Of a DNA stretch of 32,350 nucleotides, positions 24,775-32,263 are shown piece by piece. Source of the stretch: a virus (Duplodnaviria; Caudoviricetes); the IMG/VR virus record IMGVR_UViG_3300032116_000833, positions 1 to 32,350 of that record; one strand, given 5' to 3'. The first letter of the stretch is position 1, and each line of letters begins with the position of its first letter. Position numbers and translations under genes: made by a program. The notes under the pieces are model-generated. The model ran no database searches. It had not been told where the DNA came from and saw nothing but the letters and a program-made list of their open reading frames with translations.

Positions 24775-25047
24775 ATGCGTACCAAGACAATCATAGAAGG
24801 TTTTAAGAATTCTCAGAAATTCCGTGTTATCTTCAAAGGTGACGGGTCTGAGAATGACATTGGTTTTTATATGACGGTCCAGCAAATGACGGAACAATTC
24901 GCCACTGTGATGGCGCGGTGCATTTGCTGGGAAGCGTTGATTCAGTTATCATACGAACGCCGTATGGCCGATGCTACACGGAAACCCATTCCTACGGGTC
25001 TTGGCACTACAATTCGTGGCAAGCAAGTGCAAGTAGATTTGGTCTAA
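24775..25047 (+). CDS. Hypothetical protein
   Basis: GGA RBS, packed. Confidence 0.65.
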   Translation: MRTKTIIEGFKNSQKFRVIFKGDGSENDIGFYMTVQQMTEQFATVMARCICWEALIQLSYERRMADATRKPIPTGLGTTIRGKQVQVDLV

Positions 25048-25056
25048 GGAAATATC

Positions 25057-25236
25057 ATGGACAAAGCGATACAGGAATTCTTAGCATCTGGCGGTAAAAT
25101 TGTGAAGTGTAAACCACGTGCTCCGCGCAAGGGTGAAAAAACTTGGACGGCCAGTAAATACTCTATTGCCAACATTGGCGCTAAAGCTATGGCGACTGGA
25201 TCACGTGGAATTAAAGCAACGAGGGATTATGTTTAA
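25057..25236 (+). CDS. 59 aa protein with SutA-like RNA-polymerase-binding motif
   Basis: AIQEFLASGGKI resembles the recalled SutA motif AMEEFLSRGGKV; AAGGA RBS. Confidence 0.6.
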   Translation: MDKAIQEFLASGGKIVKCKPRAPRKGEKTWTASKYSIANIGAKAMATGSRGIKATRDYV

Positions 25237-25753
25237 TATTGAATACATTGAAGTGGATCAACCCGTGAAACATGCTCGGGAGATTGTGTCGGATTTGCTG
25301 GATTCTCGCTGGCTTGATTGTGGTGCCTTTGCTAATGTGTACCGCTTTGAAGATGAAATTCTCAAGGTTTTTGAGGATGACAAAGGCTACCTAGCGTACC
25401 TGGAAGCATTGTCTAAGCTGGAGAAGCCGAATTCCTATGCGCCCGTGATTAACTATGTCAAGGTGTTTACAAGCGGTAAAAAGTCGGTTGGACTTGTGTC
25501 CATGGAGCCGTTGATAGCCTGCAGTAAATTACGAGGCGACAAATACAAGGATTTTCGGAAGACTGTGGGTCAGATTAGCAATTATTTTGATGGTAGCAAA
25601 AAGTATGAAATTCCTGAGGAACTTGTAACATTGCGTAACCTTATCAAGGATGCGAAAAAAGTGACACGGCGGATTTGCTATGATATCCATACCGGTAATG
25701 TCATGTTGCGGGCGAACAACACTTTGGTCGTTACTGACCCTCTAGCATATTGA
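25229..25753 (+). CDS. Minimal Ser/Thr protein kinase-fold protein
   Basis: GAFANVY loop, LKV lysine, MEPL hinge, DIHTGNVM catalytic loop, TDP; GAGG RBS before ATG 25229. Confidence 0.78.
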   Translation: MFNIEYIEVDQPVKHAREIVSDLLDSRWLDCGAFANVYRFEDEILKVFEDDKGYLAYLEALSKLEKPNSYAPVINYVKVFTSGKKSVGLVSMEPLIACSKLRGDKYKDFRKTVGQISNYFDGSKKYEIPEELVTLRNLIKDAKKVTRRICYDIHTGNVMLRANNTLVVTDPLAY

Positions 25754-25778
25754 CATGGTACTGGTTTTATCGTATAAT
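25750..25778 (+). promoter_or_regulatory. sigma70 promoter, near-leaderless
   Basis: TTGACA-17-TATAAT; ATG 7 nt later. Confidence 0.7.
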
Positions 25779-25785
25779 TAAAGAT

Positions 25786-26037
25786 ATGAACAAGATTTTT
25801 ATTTCCCGTAAGACGGAATTGCGACACGGTTATTTTGTGATTCCTTTTGTATGTTCCGACTTAGCCAATGTTGATACTGATTTATCGCATTTGGATAGGT
25901 CTGATTTAGATAATAGAAAACTTGCGGATGCATCGGTTAGGATCCGTGCAAAAATGCTAACCCTTGGTTATGAAGTTGAGGCTGTAAACTTCCGCAATAT
26001 GAGTATTTCCGCTCGGTACCAAAGTTTTGTAGTATAA
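25786..26037 (+). CDS. Hypothetical protein
   Basis: ATG at 25786 after the promoter. Confidence 0.6.
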   Translation: MNKIFISRKTELRHGYFVIPFVCSDLANVDTDLSHLDRSDLDNRKLADASVRIRAKMLTLGYEVEAVNFRNMSISARYQSFVV

Positions 26038-26258
26038 TGATGAATGAACAAATAAAACAATTTATTGAACAGTCTCAAAAAGTTGTCGGATATACTGATG
26101 GCGGGTATACTGAAATCAAAGCATTAGACCCAGAAAAATTCGCCCTGTTGCTTGTTCGGGAATGTATTTGGGAAGTGGTCAAAGACAATGAAGTTCCACA
26201 TAACATTCAAGTATTGATTGGTGAGAGATTTAAACAACATTTCGGAGTTGAAGAATGA
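26037..26258 (+). CDS. MNERI/KFAELIV/FGVEE family paralogue A
   Basis: MNEQIKQ..EKFALLLVREC..KQHFGVEE. Confidence 0.8.
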   Translation: MMNEQIKQFIEQSQKVVGYTDGGYTEIKALDPEKFALLLVRECIWEVVKDNEVPHNIQVLIGERFKQHFGVEE

Positions 26259-26470
26259 TGCACGGAATGAACAAACCGATTAAGAAACTTTGGAAAAAAG
26301 CTGGCGGATACTATGATAAGACCAATAAACAATACATCATTGATGATCCAGGAAAATTTGCAGATTTTATTATTTTAAAATGTTATGACATATGTGATGA
26401 ATATCGTGAATTGGGTAGCGGTGAAACTTGTGCTGGTGAAATTATAATGTATTTTGGAGCAGAAGAATGA
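26255..26470 (+). CDS. Family paralogue B (diverged)
   Basis: MNKPIKKL..AG..KFADFII.KC..YFGAEE. Confidence 0.75.
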   Translation: MMHGMNKPIKKLWKKAGGYYDKTNKQYIIDDPGKFADFIILKCYDICDEYRELGSGETCAGEIIMYFGAEE

Positions 26471-26673
26471 ATGGCCGAATTCAAGAATTGGTCAAACAGG
26501 TCTATGGTTCACAAGCAACCGAACAAGAAATGAAGTTAGCCTATTTGATTATTCGGGAATGTAGAGATATTGTAGGTAAGACAAGGGACCAAGCGATTGA
26601 AGAAGAATGGAATGTGGATGAAGCCATGTCTACAGCAATGTTTGATATTGAAGATTATTTTGGAGTTAAATAA
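26467..26673 (+). CDS. Family paralogue C
   Basis: MNGRIQEL..KLAYLIIREC..YFGVK. Confidence 0.75.
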   Translation: MNGRIQELVKQVYGSQATEQEMKLAYLIIRECRDIVGKTRDQAIEEEWNVDEAMSTAMFDIEDYFGVK

Positions 26674-26894
26674 TGGAAAACATTAAGGTATTTGTTGTCG
26701 TAAGAGATGAAGAATCAGAATCTTCTTCCGAAATTCTTGGTGTCTTTTCTAATAGAGTGGATGCACAAATGTATGTGTATGATGCTATTCATACCGAATT
26801 TGATATTGATGATGATATTCCTGATGAGGAATTGTTTGATGAAATCGCTGGGTCTGGTATTAACTTCACAATTGAAAGTCATTACTTGAGGTAA
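26673..26894 (+). CDS. Acidic hypothetical protein
   Basis: VFVV...ILGVFS...A motif; D/E-rich. Confidence 0.65.
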   Translation: MENIKVFVVVRDEESESSSEILGVFSNRVDAQMYVYDAIHTEFDIDDDIPDEELFDEIAGSGINFTIESHYLR

Positions 26895-26897
26895 AAT

Positions 26898-27074
26898 ATG
26901 ATTAGAATAATCCTAGCTTTTGTTATTGTTTTTGTATTGTTCTTTTTCGGTATTCAGTACCTACGGAATATGTCCGGGAAAGAATCGTGGAGTTTGATAA
27001 AACTCTTGACATATAGTGCGGTCTGTGCTATACTTACTTTCGGTAGTTTAGTTGCTCTTGTGGTACTTTTTTAA
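26898..27074 (+). CDS. 58 aa two-TM protein preceding the SPFH gene
   Basis: GAGG RBS; two hydrophobic helices. Confidence 0.65.
   Translation: MIRIILAFVIVFVLFFFGIQYLRNMSGKESWSLIKLLTYSAVCAILTFGSLVALVVLF
27006..27034 (+). promoter_or_regulatory. Intragenic sigma70 promoter for the SPFH gene
   Basis: TTGACA-17-TATACT with extended TG. Confidence 0.55.
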
Positions 27075-27080
27075 GGATAT

Positions 27081-27878
27081 ATGATGAAAAAATTTGCTCT
27101 TACTGGTTTGGTTGTTGCTTCAATTCTCGCAACGGGTTGTACCCGAATTGAGACTGGTGAAGTTGGTGTTCGTGTTGGCTTTGACAAACAAGTCCAGCAA
27201 GGTGAATTATTGCCCGGTTCTTTTAATCAAACCATGGTCGGTGATGTTCTTACATTCCCCATTAAAGATGTGAATGTTAAACTTGAGGACATGACACCTG
27301 TTGCTAAAGATAACAGTACCATGAAAGACTTGGATGCAGTGGTTATCTATAACATCAACCAGGCACAGGTTGCTGAATTGTACAGCCAAAAGAGTCAGGC
27401 ATTCCATGCTCGACACAACGGCGACATTTATTTGATGTATAACTACATTGTCCAAACTACCCGTAACGCTATCTACAAGGAAGCACGAAAGTATGAGGCT
27501 CTAGATATGGCTGATAATCGCCAAGCGATGGAACAAGCTATCAAAGAACAAATTCAAAAGAGTTTGGCTGATGAAAAACTTGATGGTAGTTTGATTATTG
27601 GTCAAGTGTTGATTCGGAATATTTTACCTGCTGATTCGGTTGTTGCAAGTGCAAATGAGTTGGTTCGTGCTAAGAATGAATTGAAACAAAAAGAAGTTGA
27701 AGTTAAGACTGCTAAGATGGAAGCAGAACGTATGCAAGCATTGAGTAATCAAGGTGCTCAAAGTATCGCTTACATGCAAGCGCAGGCTATGATGAATATC
27801 TCAGAAGGTATCAAGAACGGCAAGGTGCAAACGATTGTTGTGCCAGCAAACTTCAATGCGCTGATGATGCAAAAATGA
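27081..27878 (+). CDS. SPFH/band 7 (prohibitin-like) lipoprotein
   Basis: Lipobox LATGC, IETGEVGVRV.F, C-terminal coiled coil. Confidence 0.85.
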   Translation: MMKKFALTGLVVASILATGCTRIETGEVGVRVGFDKQVQQGELLPGSFNQTMVGDVLTFPIKDVNVKLEDMTPVAKDNSTMKDLDAVVIYNINQAQVAELYSQKSQAFHARHNGDIYLMYNYIVQTTRNAIYKEARKYEALDMADNRQAMEQAIKEQIQKSLADEKLDGSLIIGQVLIRNILPADSVVASANELVRAKNELKQKEVEVKTAKMEAERMQALSNQGAQSIAYMQAQAMMNISEGIKNGKVQTIVVPANFNALMMQK

Positions 27879-28117
27879 ACGAACGAATTCAACAACTTGC
27901 TGAACAGGCTGGCTTTAAAAGCAATCCCGATATCTATGACCGCAATCAATCATTTGATATATCTAAGTTCGCCGAGTTGATTGTGCGGGAATGTGCTGAA
28001 CAGATTATAGCAAAGGGAACAGATTGGGTTGATTTTGCTCCAAGTCAAACAGGCGTGAGACCGGAATATTGGGATATGGCTCAACAGATTAAACAACATT
28101 TCGGAGTTGAAGAATGA
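27875..28117 (+). CDS. Family paralogue D
   Basis: MNERIQQLAEQAG..KFAELIVREC..IKQHFGVEE. Confidence 0.85.
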   Translation: MNERIQQLAEQAGFKSNPDIYDRNQSFDISKFAELIVRECAEQIIAKGTDWVDFAPSQTGVRPEYWDMAQQIKQHFGVEE

Positions 28118-28323
28118 ATGAACGAATTAAACTACTTGCTGAACAGGCTGGCTTTATTGATATAGGTAATAATCATACTGCTTATATGAATTTTGACCAC
28201 GAAAAGTTTGCCGAGTTGATTGTTAAGGAATGTGGTGTGGCATTAAGTCCTATGTTGCGTGATATGGTTAGTAGAGGACAGGCTTTTGATTTGATTAAAC
28301 GACATTTTGGAGTTGAAGAATGA
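28114..28323 (+). CDS. Family paralogue E
   Basis: MNERIKLLAEQAG..EKFAELIVKEC..IKRHFGVEE. Confidence 0.85.
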   Translation: MNERIKLLAEQAGFIDIGNNHTAYMNFDHEKFAELIVKECGVALSPMLRDMVSRGQAFDLIKRHFGVEE

Positions 28324-28676
28324 AAGTTGTAATAAACGCTTGTCACGGTGGCTTCGGCTTGTCTGATGCAGCCTTTGAGAAATTCCTTGACCGTAAAGGT
28401 ATAGCATGGGAAAAACAACCTCGTGGAGGTTATGGTTGGCATGAATATTATCATGCTGGGCACTTGGGTAAAGACGAACACTATTTGTATTCACGTACAA
28501 TGACTGAGGATCGGTCTGATCCTGATTTGATTGCCGTGGTGGAAGAAATGGGTCAAGAGGCCAATGGTTTCTGTGCTGAATTGAAAGTGATAGAAATACC
28601 CGATGATGTGGAATGGGAAGTTGAAGAATATGATGGTCTTGAATGGATTGCTGAAAAACATAGAACCTGGAATTAA
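28320..28676 (+). CDS. Conserved phage hypothetical protein
   Basis: KVVIN.C.GGFGLS, R.DP.LI.VVEE.G, EYDG.E motifs. Confidence 0.8.
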   Translation: MKVVINACHGGFGLSDAAFEKFLDRKGIAWEKQPRGGYGWHEYYHAGHLGKDEHYLYSRTMTEDRSDPDLIAVVEEMGQEANGFCAELKVIEIPDDVEWEVEEYDGLEWIAEKHRTWN

Positions 28677-28691
28677 TTAAAGGAGAACGAT

Positions 28692-29168
28692 ATGCCGAAT
28701 TGGTGCGCTAATACACTTACACTTGAACATGAAGATCCTGCTATGATTGAGCGGGCGAAGACTGCATTTGCTGAAGGTAAATTTCTTAAGGAACTTGTAC
28801 CCCCGCCAAGCAGAGAATGGGACTATAATTGGTGCGTAGAGAATTGGGGCACTAAATGGGACGTTGGTAGTGATGACGGTATCAATGAGTTTACTGATAC
28901 CACTTTGGTACTTTATTTTGATAGTGCATGGGCACCTCCTTTAGCCGCTTATAAAGCTATGGAAGAATTAGGTTTTACTGTCCGTGGTATGTACTATGAG
29001 CCTGGCTTGTGTTTTGCTGGTATCTACGAGGACGGCTTTGATGATTACTATGAATATTCCAATTTGTCAAGTGAAGAAGTTGCGGCTATGATTCCAGATG
29101 AATTGGATGAAACTTTTAACATTAGCGAACAATTGGCTGACTGGGAAGAGGAGAATGAGGATGAGTGA
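28692..29168 (+). CDS. DUF1281/YubB-like ferredoxin-fold protein
   Basis: MPNWC.N, W...NWGTKWD, F.SAW.PP, YYEPG..F.G. Confidence 0.8.
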   Translation: MPNWCANTLTLEHEDPAMIERAKTAFAEGKFLKELVPPPSREWDYNWCVENWGTKWDVGSDDGINEFTDTTLVLYFDSAWAPPLAAYKAMEELGFTVRGMYYEPGLCFAGIYEDGFDDYYEYSNLSSEEVAAMIPDELDETFNISEQLADWEEENEDE

Positions 29169-29346
29169 AGGTTGGTTTGGTTTTATTTTCGGTATAATTA
29201 CTGGTATTGTTTTGGTCGGAGCAATTCAACAATTCAATCCAGGGGCTGCGGTAAATGTTGTTGCAAAAGAGATGAATGAGTGTGAAAAGTCATTGCCACG
29301 GGACCAGAAGTGTGTTATAGTTGCTGTTCCTCCTTCTAAAGACTAA
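29161..29346 (+). CDS. Single-TM protein with CEKSLPRDQKC motif
   Basis: ATG at 29161; hydrophobic N-terminus. Confidence 0.65.
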   Translation: MSEGWFGFIFGIITGIVLVGAIQQFNPGAAVNVVAKEMNECEKSLPRDQKCVIVAVPPSKD

Positions 29347-29349
29347 ACT

Positions 29350-29694
29350 ATGAGCCTTGATGTTGATTTGATTGTGACACAACCCGTATCAGTATTTGAT
29401 GCGAATATCACACATAACCTTGGACTCATGGCTTCGGAAGTGAAATTATCCAATGGCATGACATTGTATGATGTGCTGTGGCGCCCTGATGAACAATACG
29501 GTTTGCTTTTTGCAAGAGATATTGCCGAATTGTTGGATGAAGGTTGGAATATTCTTCTATCTGATCCAGAACGTTTTCGTAAATTTAATCCTGCTAATGG
29601 TTGGGGTTCATATGATGGGCTGTGTAATTTTGTATATAAGTACAGGAATGCATGTTGGGATAATCCTGATGCTGAGTTGAGAATTTCAAGATGA
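29350..29694 (+). CDS. Conserved phage hypothetical protein
   Basis: MSLDV.L, NITHNL..MA, P.NGWG.Y motifs. Confidence 0.75.
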   Translation: MSLDVDLIVTQPVSVFDANITHNLGLMASEVKLSNGMTLYDVLWRPDEQYGLLFARDIAELLDEGWNILLSDPERFRKFNPANGWGSYDGLCNFVYKYRNACWDNPDAELRISR

Positions 29695-29897
29695 TTAAAG
29701 AAATAATCCATTGCGACAAGTGTAATTCGGATAATGTTATTCACGAACCTAAGCGCGGACCTGTGCAAGAGAATCGCCGCACAATGACAGAGGTGATTGA
29801 ACAAAAAAAATACAATATGGTTAATGCTGTTTATAATTATCAACACTGGATTCTTCTGTGCAAAGATTGCGGGCACCGTTTGGAGTATTACGTATGA
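29691..29897 (+). CDS. Zinc-ribbon protein
   Basis: CDKC...CKDCG. Confidence 0.7.
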   Translation: MIKEIIHCDKCNSDNVIHEPKRGPVQENRRTMTEVIEQKKYNMVNAVYNYQHWILLCKDCGHRLEYYV

Positions 29898-30166
29898 ATG
29901 AGCGAAGTAAGAAACTGGCTGACCAAGCCCAGTATTATGCTGAGTATACTACACCACAAGGCTTGGAGTGGTTGCCTGCGTTTAAAGAAAGATTCTTCAA
30001 GGTGATGACAAAAGAATTCATTGGCTTACTTGAATATGAGATTGCTATGTTGGAGAAATATAAATCCACATCATGCAATGAATCTGACCGCAGATGGCAT
30101 GAAGGTAAGATTGTGCATTTTCGCCGAATGATAGATAAGACTAAAGACCACTTCGGAGTTGAATGA
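29894..30166 (+). CDS. Family paralogue F (diverged)
   Basis: ATG at 29894; MNERSKKLADQA..ERF..KDHFGVE. Confidence 0.75.
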   Translation: MNERSKKLADQAQYYAEYTTPQGLEWLPAFKERFFKVMTKEFIGLLEYEIAMLEKYKSTSCNESDRRWHEGKIVHFRRMIDKTKDHFGVE

Positions 30167-30360
30167 TGTACCAACTAATTTTAATATCATTGTTAGTCAC
30201 CAATGGTAAGTTGGAAATGCATCAAACCAAACTGGATACATTCTACACCGCAAAAGAATGTGAACAATTTAAGATTGTGCTGGAGAATAAAACTCTGTTG
30301 AAATTAAACTCCAATACAACCAATGCAATTATTGTTTTTGAATGTCGGAGAGAAGTATGA
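30163..30360 (+). CDS. Small secreted/membrane protein with two Cys
   Basis: Hydrophobic N-terminus, F.T..ECE..C. Confidence 0.6.
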   Translation: MMYQLILISLLVTNGKLEMHQTKLDTFYTAKECEQFKIVLENKTLLKLNSNTTNAIIVFECRREV

Positions 30361-30563
30361 GTACTGTTGGAAATTTTAAGATGTTCAAGTGGGTACCTGA
30401 TGGCACTTATGACTACAGTGGATATCTTGTGAGGTATGTTATTGTTAATTGTAATCCTGTGACTACGATTGCAAAAGAATGGTTAGATAGAGGCGGACCA
30501 GATGATGTATCGGTTGAATTGAAACGACCGTGGGGATCCTTTCCTGATTTTCCACCCAAGTGA
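30357..30563 (+). CDS. Hypothetical protein
   Basis: GGAG RBS with ATGA coupling. Confidence 0.55.
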   Translation: MSTVGNFKMFKWVPDGTYDYSGYLVRYVIVNCNPVTTIAKEWLDRGGPDDVSVELKRPWGSFPDFPPK

Positions 30564-30570
30564 GGTTTAT

Positions 30571-30969
30571 ATGAAAGAAGAATTAGATAAATTGCTCTGC
30601 GAGAGATATCCAAAGATGTTTGTTAATCGTGACAAGTCAATGCAAGAAACGGCTATGTGTTGGGGCTTTGAATGTGGTAGTGGTTGGTTTGAATTGATTA
30701 ATGCGCTTTGTGCTACCATTCAAAACTACATTGACAACAATTCACGACCGGGGAAAGAAATTCCTCAAGTGACTGTGGATCAAGTAAAAGAGAAATATGG
30801 TACTTTGCGTTTCTATGCTTCTGGCGGGGATAGATTGACAGATGGCATGATTTGGTTTGCTGAGAGTATGAGTGCCCACACTTGCGAAACTTGCGGGCAT
30901 CCTGGCAAATGGCGAGGTGTCGGTTGGTTCTATACATCGTGTGATGAACATGCCAAGGATGGCGAATAA
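30571..30969 (+). CDS. Conserved phage protein with C-terminal zinc motif
   Basis: ECG.GW..LI, QVKEKYG.LRFY, CE.CG..C..H. Confidence 0.8.
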   Translation: MKEELDKLLCERYPKMFVNRDKSMQETAMCWGFECGSGWFELINALCATIQNYIDNNSRPGKEIPQVTVDQVKEKYGTLRFYASGGDRLTDGMIWFAESMSAHTCETCGHPGKWRGVGWFYTSCDEHAKDGE

Positions 30970-30988
30970 TTTTTTTAATGGAGTTTTT

Positions 30989-31186
30989 ATGACTTATGAA
31001 GATGTAATTGAGACCCTTGCTTTGCGGGCTGCTAATCGGTTCATTCACCGTATGCCTGCGCCGTGGTTGATGAATGATGAAGATGTGATTTATGCGAAAG
31101 CATTTGGGCATGATGTTGATGCGGTTCATTTCGGCGTGACTTCATTGTTCCAAGATGCGGTAAGATATCTCGGCAGTAATAAATGA
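30989..31186 (+). CDS. Hypothetical protein
   Basis: GGAG RBS before ATG 30989. Confidence 0.6.
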   Translation: MTYEDVIETLALRAANRFIHRMPAPWLMNDEDVIYAKAFGHDVDAVHFGVTSLFQDAVRYLGSNK

Positions 31187-31335
31187 GTTTGATTTTTCCT
31201 TTTATTTTTGTAGCGTGGTCTGGCTGGCGATTGATTCATCTAGATTACACTAAACATCCGAAATGGTATTATTTGCTAGATGGCTTGGTTTTCTCATTTA
31301 ATCTAAGTGTAATACTTTTGAATCTATTTCCTTGA
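31183..31335 (+). CDS. 50 aa two-TM peptide
   Basis: ATGA coupling, hydrophobic. Confidence 0.5.
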   Translation: MSLIFPFIFVAWSGWRLIHLDYTKHPKWYYLLDGLVFSFNLSVILLNLFP

Positions 31336-31359
31336 TGTTGTAATTCTGCAACAAAGCAC

Positions 31360-31402
31360 TTGACATGGTACCTAATCCTGCTATACTATACCTATAGATT
31401 GA
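31360..31402 (+). promoter_or_regulatory. Early promoter with ATAGATTGA leader (copy 4)
   Basis: TTGACA-16-TATACT-6-ATAGATTGA. Confidence 0.75.
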
Positions 31403-31414
31403 TAAAGGAACGAA

Positions 31415-31669
31415 ATGTCTACAGCGATTCAAATCTCCCGTGAAGTCCAGATGTACGGCTCACCAAAAGCCCAAATCATGGAATCAATTGAGCGGTCAAT
31501 TACTTTTAAATTCTCAGGTATGGGAATGATTATCTGTGGTTACATGTCCGACATTCAGGAAATGAATGAACGAAATCAAAACGGCATCTACACTGAGCAA
31601 ATTCGGCAAACCTTGAATATTTGCAAAATGCTTATGATGGACACCGAATTGGGTTTCAAAAATATTTAA
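31415..31669 (+). CDS. Hypothetical early protein
   Basis: AAGGA RBS; QMYG..MSD.QE..RQ.LN..K. Confidence 0.7.
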   Translation: MSTAIQISREVQMYGSPKAQIMESIERSITFKFSGMGMIICGYMSDIQEMNERNQNGIYTEQIRQTLNICKMLMMDTELGFKNI

Positions 31670-31682
31670 TTGGAGTAAAAAA

Positions 31683-32060
31683 ATGGGAACACGTTGTTTG
31701 ACTTATGTTTATGAGGTTAATGAGCCTATCGTTTGTTTGTATCGCCAGTTTGATGGTTATCCATCTGGTCATGGTGCAGAGTTAGGCGATTTTCTAAAAG
31801 GTATTCAGTTAGGAAATGGTATTGCCGGCAAACCTGAAATGGGTACATTTGCAAACGGCATGGGTTGCCTAGCCGCACAATTAATTGCACACTTCAAAAA
31901 ATCCGTCGGTGGTTTTTATATCCATGCGATAACGGATTCTGGTGGTGTGGATTATGAGTACCATGTTTATGCCAATAAAGTTGTGGTAAAAGATTCCGAT
32001 GAAGAAGTTGTTTTTTCAGGGTCACAGAATGACTTTGTTGAATATTGCAAAGCGGAATAA
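31683..32060 (+). CDS. Conserved phage hypothetical protein
   Basis: MGTR, Y...DGYP.G.G..L, NGMGCLAAQ motifs. Confidence 0.75.
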   Translation: MGTRCLTYVYEVNEPIVCLYRQFDGYPSGHGAELGDFLKGIQLGNGIAGKPEMGTFANGMGCLAAQLIAHFKKSVGGFYIHAITDSGGVDYEYHVYANKVVVKDSDEEVVFSGSQNDFVEYCKAE

Positions 32061-32254
32061 TGCGTAAACGTGACATTGCCTACCTTGTGAATAATCATAT
32101 AATGAATGATATGTTATTTGCTATGCTGGGTAGTGATGAATTGGTCCAGCTTTGGTGGGAAACGCCAAATAAAGCGTTTGATATGAAGTGCCCAAAAGAT
32201 GTTGAAGAACAAAAGGTTTACCAATACTTGGGCGCACATTGTTTTGGTTTTTAA
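32060..32254 (+). CDS. Stand-alone Xre/MbcA/ParS antitoxin C-terminal-like domain
   Basis: LGS......WW.TPN.AF....P pattern; TAATG coupling. Confidence 0.55.
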   Translation: MRKRDIAYLVNNHIMNDMLFAMLGSDELVQLWWETPNKAFDMKCPKDVEEQKVYQYLGAHCFGF

Positions 32255-32263
32255 GGAAATAAA

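Noticed and set aside
21883-25785. ORF starts at TTG 21883 and TTG 25750, and the long 5' extension at 25118
   Set aside because: The TTGs are the -35 TTGACA boxes, and the 25118 extension overlaps the 59 aa ORF. Downstream ATGs fit better.
26037-30166. Diversity-generating retroelement or CRISPR/TIGR-type array as the explanation of the repeated blocks
   Set aside because: No reverse transcriptase, Cas or Nop-domain gene is seen. The variable parts differ in length, are not adenine-specific and stay in frame as protein.
2076-32076. The many minus-strand and alternate-frame ORFs in the track (e.g. 4762-5253, 19552-19968, 29343-29876)
   Set aside because: They shadow well-supported + strand genes and lack RBSs or motifs. 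Only 14615-14935 is credible.
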